64,000 nt of DNA from positions 272,172 through 336,171 of the forward strand of contig CBDFFH010000002.1 of assembly GCA_965246715.1 (NCBI GenBank). Reading direction: 5' to 3'. Positions 62,336-64,000 of this stretch are shown in pieces. The position numbers were made by a program, and so were the translations under genes. Below the pieces are notes generated by a model. The model made no database searches. It worked only from the letters and a program-made list of their open reading frames with translations, and was not told where the DNA came from. Origin of the DNA: Chamaesiphon sp. GTDB taxonomy: Bacteria > Cyanobacteriota > Cyanobacteriia > Cyanobacteriales > Chamaesiphonaceae. Within the stretch, counting starts at the first letter, position 1; each line of letters opens with the position of its first letter.

Positions 62336-63298
62336 ATGTCGGAGGCGCAGCAGTCCTTCAGAGTCCCTAGGGAATTTTTGGGGCCACCTGATGACTTAAA
62401 TCCCAACGTCTTCATGTTTTTTGGCGCACTCGGGTTGGTCGCAATTTCCACGCTCGGCTATTGGGTCTGGCACTTCCCAGATTGGTGTTGCTTTGGTTTC
62501 AACGTCTTAGCTTTACACATGGCAGGTACCGTAATTCACGATGCTTCTCATAATTCCGCACATCCCAATCGAATTTTTAATGCGGTGATGGGGCATGTGA
62601 GCGCATTGATGTTAGGGTTTGCTTTTCCAGTATTTACCCGCGTCCATATCCAACATCACGCTAACGTCAACGATCCTGAAAACGATCCCGATCACTTCGT
62701 ATCTACTGGCGGCCCACTCTGGTTGATTGCAGCTAGATTCTTCTACCATGAGATCTACTTCTTTCAGCGCAAATTGTGGCGAAACAACGAATTAATCGAA
62801 TGGTTTCTCAGCCGCTTATTTGTGGGATCGGTGATTTTTTTTGCCTGCCAACATGGATTTACTGGGTATATTTTCAATTTTTGGTTTTCGCCAGCGCTAG
62901 TTGTGGGCTTGGCACTAGGGCTATTCTTTGACTACTTGCCGCATCGTCCCTTCCAAGATCGCAATCGTTGGAAAAATGCGCGGGTATATCCCGGCCCAAT
63001 TTTGAACATTTTAATCTTCGGTCAAAATTATCATCTGATCCATCATCTCTGGCCATCGATTCCCTGGTACAAGTATCAAGCTGCCTATCTGGTAACTAAG
63101 CCACTTTTGCTTTCCAAAGGTTGTCATCAGTCATTGGGTTTATTAAAGGGCAAAGATTTTCTTCATTTTGTCTACGATCTCTTTTTAGGAATCAGATTTC
63201 ACCACAAATCATTACCTACTCCGGTAGCTATCGTCATCCCTCAACCAGAAGTGGACGTGGTAGAGCCAGTCAAATCTCGATCGGTCAGTAATAACTGA
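62336..63298 (+). CDS. crtR: Beta-carotene hydroxylase
   Basis: HDASH, HIQHH, DPENDPDHFVSTGGPLW, FFDYLPHRPF, HLIHH. Confidence 0.93.
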   Translation: MSEAQQSFRVPREFLGPPDDLNPNVFMFFGALGLVAISTLGYWVWHFPDWCCFGFNVLALHMAGTVIHDASHNSAHPNRIFNAVMGHVSALMLGFAFPVFTRVHIQHHANVNDPENDPDHFVSTGGPLWLIAARFFYHEIYFFQRKLWRNNELIEWFLSRLFVGSVIFFACQHGFTGYIFNFWFSPALVVGLALGLFFDYLPHRPFQDRNRWKNARVYPGPILNILIFGQNYHLIHHLWPSIPWYKYQAAYLVTKPLLLSKGCHQSLGLLKGKDFLHFVYDLFLGIRFHHKSLPTPVAIVIPQPEVDVVEPVKSRSVSNN

Positions 63299-63313
63299 AG
63301 CTCCATAATTTAA

Positions 63314-63340
63314 GGCTAGGCGGCTGTCTAGCCTTATTGT
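63314..63340 (+). terminator. Probable crtR terminator
   Basis: GGCTAGGC-GGCT-GTCTAGCC stem followed by a T-rich tract. Confidence 0.55.
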
Positions 63341-63521
63341 TTTTCTAGAACGCTAGCACTACAAATCGGGCAACATCACCTCACAAATGTCAATCGGATG
63401 CACTGGCAGATCGGCACTAGATGTAGTATGTAATACATTTTACTCCAACTTAAAACGGCTTTAATATCGATCGATAAAGCTCGATCTGGTAACAAATTTA
63501 ACTCGTGACGATTCGATCGCG

Positions 63522-63554
63522 GAATATCGATCGAATATCGATCGAATATCGATC
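63522..63554. repeat. Three tandem copies of GAATATCGATC
   Basis: Exact 11-mer x3. Confidence 0.7.
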
Positions 63555-63637
63555 GTATTTATTACACGATTACCTGTAGAATTTAAACCAAAATCACCAA
63601 CCCGACCGAAATCTCTTAGGATCTGGAGGAAAAACCC

Positions 63638-64000
63638 ATCAGTAGCACAACTACCACCCAAAATATCGCCACTACAGAAGAATCTGTTATTCACATCTGG
63701 GGTCAAAATCCACTCTCAGGGGAAGTCAAAATTAGTGGGGCAAAGAATTCGGCATTAGTCGTCATGGCTGGAGCATTACTATGTTCGAGCGAATGTCGGC
63801 TCCAAAATATTCCGGCGCTGGTTGATGTCGATAAGATGTGCCAGATTCTTGAAGCGTTGGGAGTTAAGATCCAACGTAATGGCGAAGTATTGGACTTCGA
63901 TACTACTGGCTTTAACTGTCATACACCACCGTTCGAACTAGTTTCTAAGCTCAGAGCCGCCTTTTTCTCGATCGGGCCGATTTTAGCCCGGTTGGGTGTC
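63638..64000 (+). CDS. murA: UDP-N-acetylglucosamine 1-carboxyvinyltransferase (5' part; runs off the window; non-AUG start)
   Basis: LSGEVKISGAKNSAL...LQNIPALVDV...SKLRAAFFSIGPILARLG. Confidence 0.93.
   Translation, partial: MSSTTTTQNIATTEESVIHIWGQNPLSGEVKISGAKNSALVVMAGALLCSSECRLQNIPALVDVDKMCQILEALGVKIQRNGEVLDFDTTGFNCHTPPFELVSKLRAAFFSIGPILARLGV

Noticed and set aside
23039..63640. Idea that the GAT-anticodon fMet-like tRNA serves the murA ATC start
   Set aside because: The tRNA lacks the C1:A72 mismatch and the third G-C pair, the loci are unlinked, and normal fMet-tRNA can initiate at near-cognate codons; no supporting evidence

Overview
Cyanobacterial chromosomal window (dense HIP1 GCGATCGC/CGATCG sites; cyanobacterial gene set). 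The backbone carries clpP, minCDE, tgt, glgB, nrdJ, a frameshifted pyrF, an arsR-aquaglyceroporin-arsC-arsH cluster, ribD, ftsZ/ftsQ, lptC, a LabA/NYN gene, metG, tRNA-Lys(CTT), crtR and the start of murA. Three accessory regions stand out. (1) 20.4-30 kb: a retron-type reverse transcriptase, then (once an IS701-like element is removed) a cluster of aberrant tRNA-like genes, a pseudoknot-capable ncRNA candidate, and a repeat-containing SPFH/slipin gene. Three IS insertions split the slipin gene, but it reassembles exactly into a 646-aa ORF. (2) A 2624-aa four-enzyme phosphatase fusion under a triple Pho box. (3) An ~11.3-kb integrase/primase satellite-like element in tRNA-Lys, with a candidate origin and a DUF1778/GNAT toxin-antitoxin pair. 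Unannotated items also seen: an icd pseudogene fragment, a 44-aa RHH gene, modular MITEs and a non-AUG start for murA. All calls come from reading the sequence and motifs; no database searches were run.
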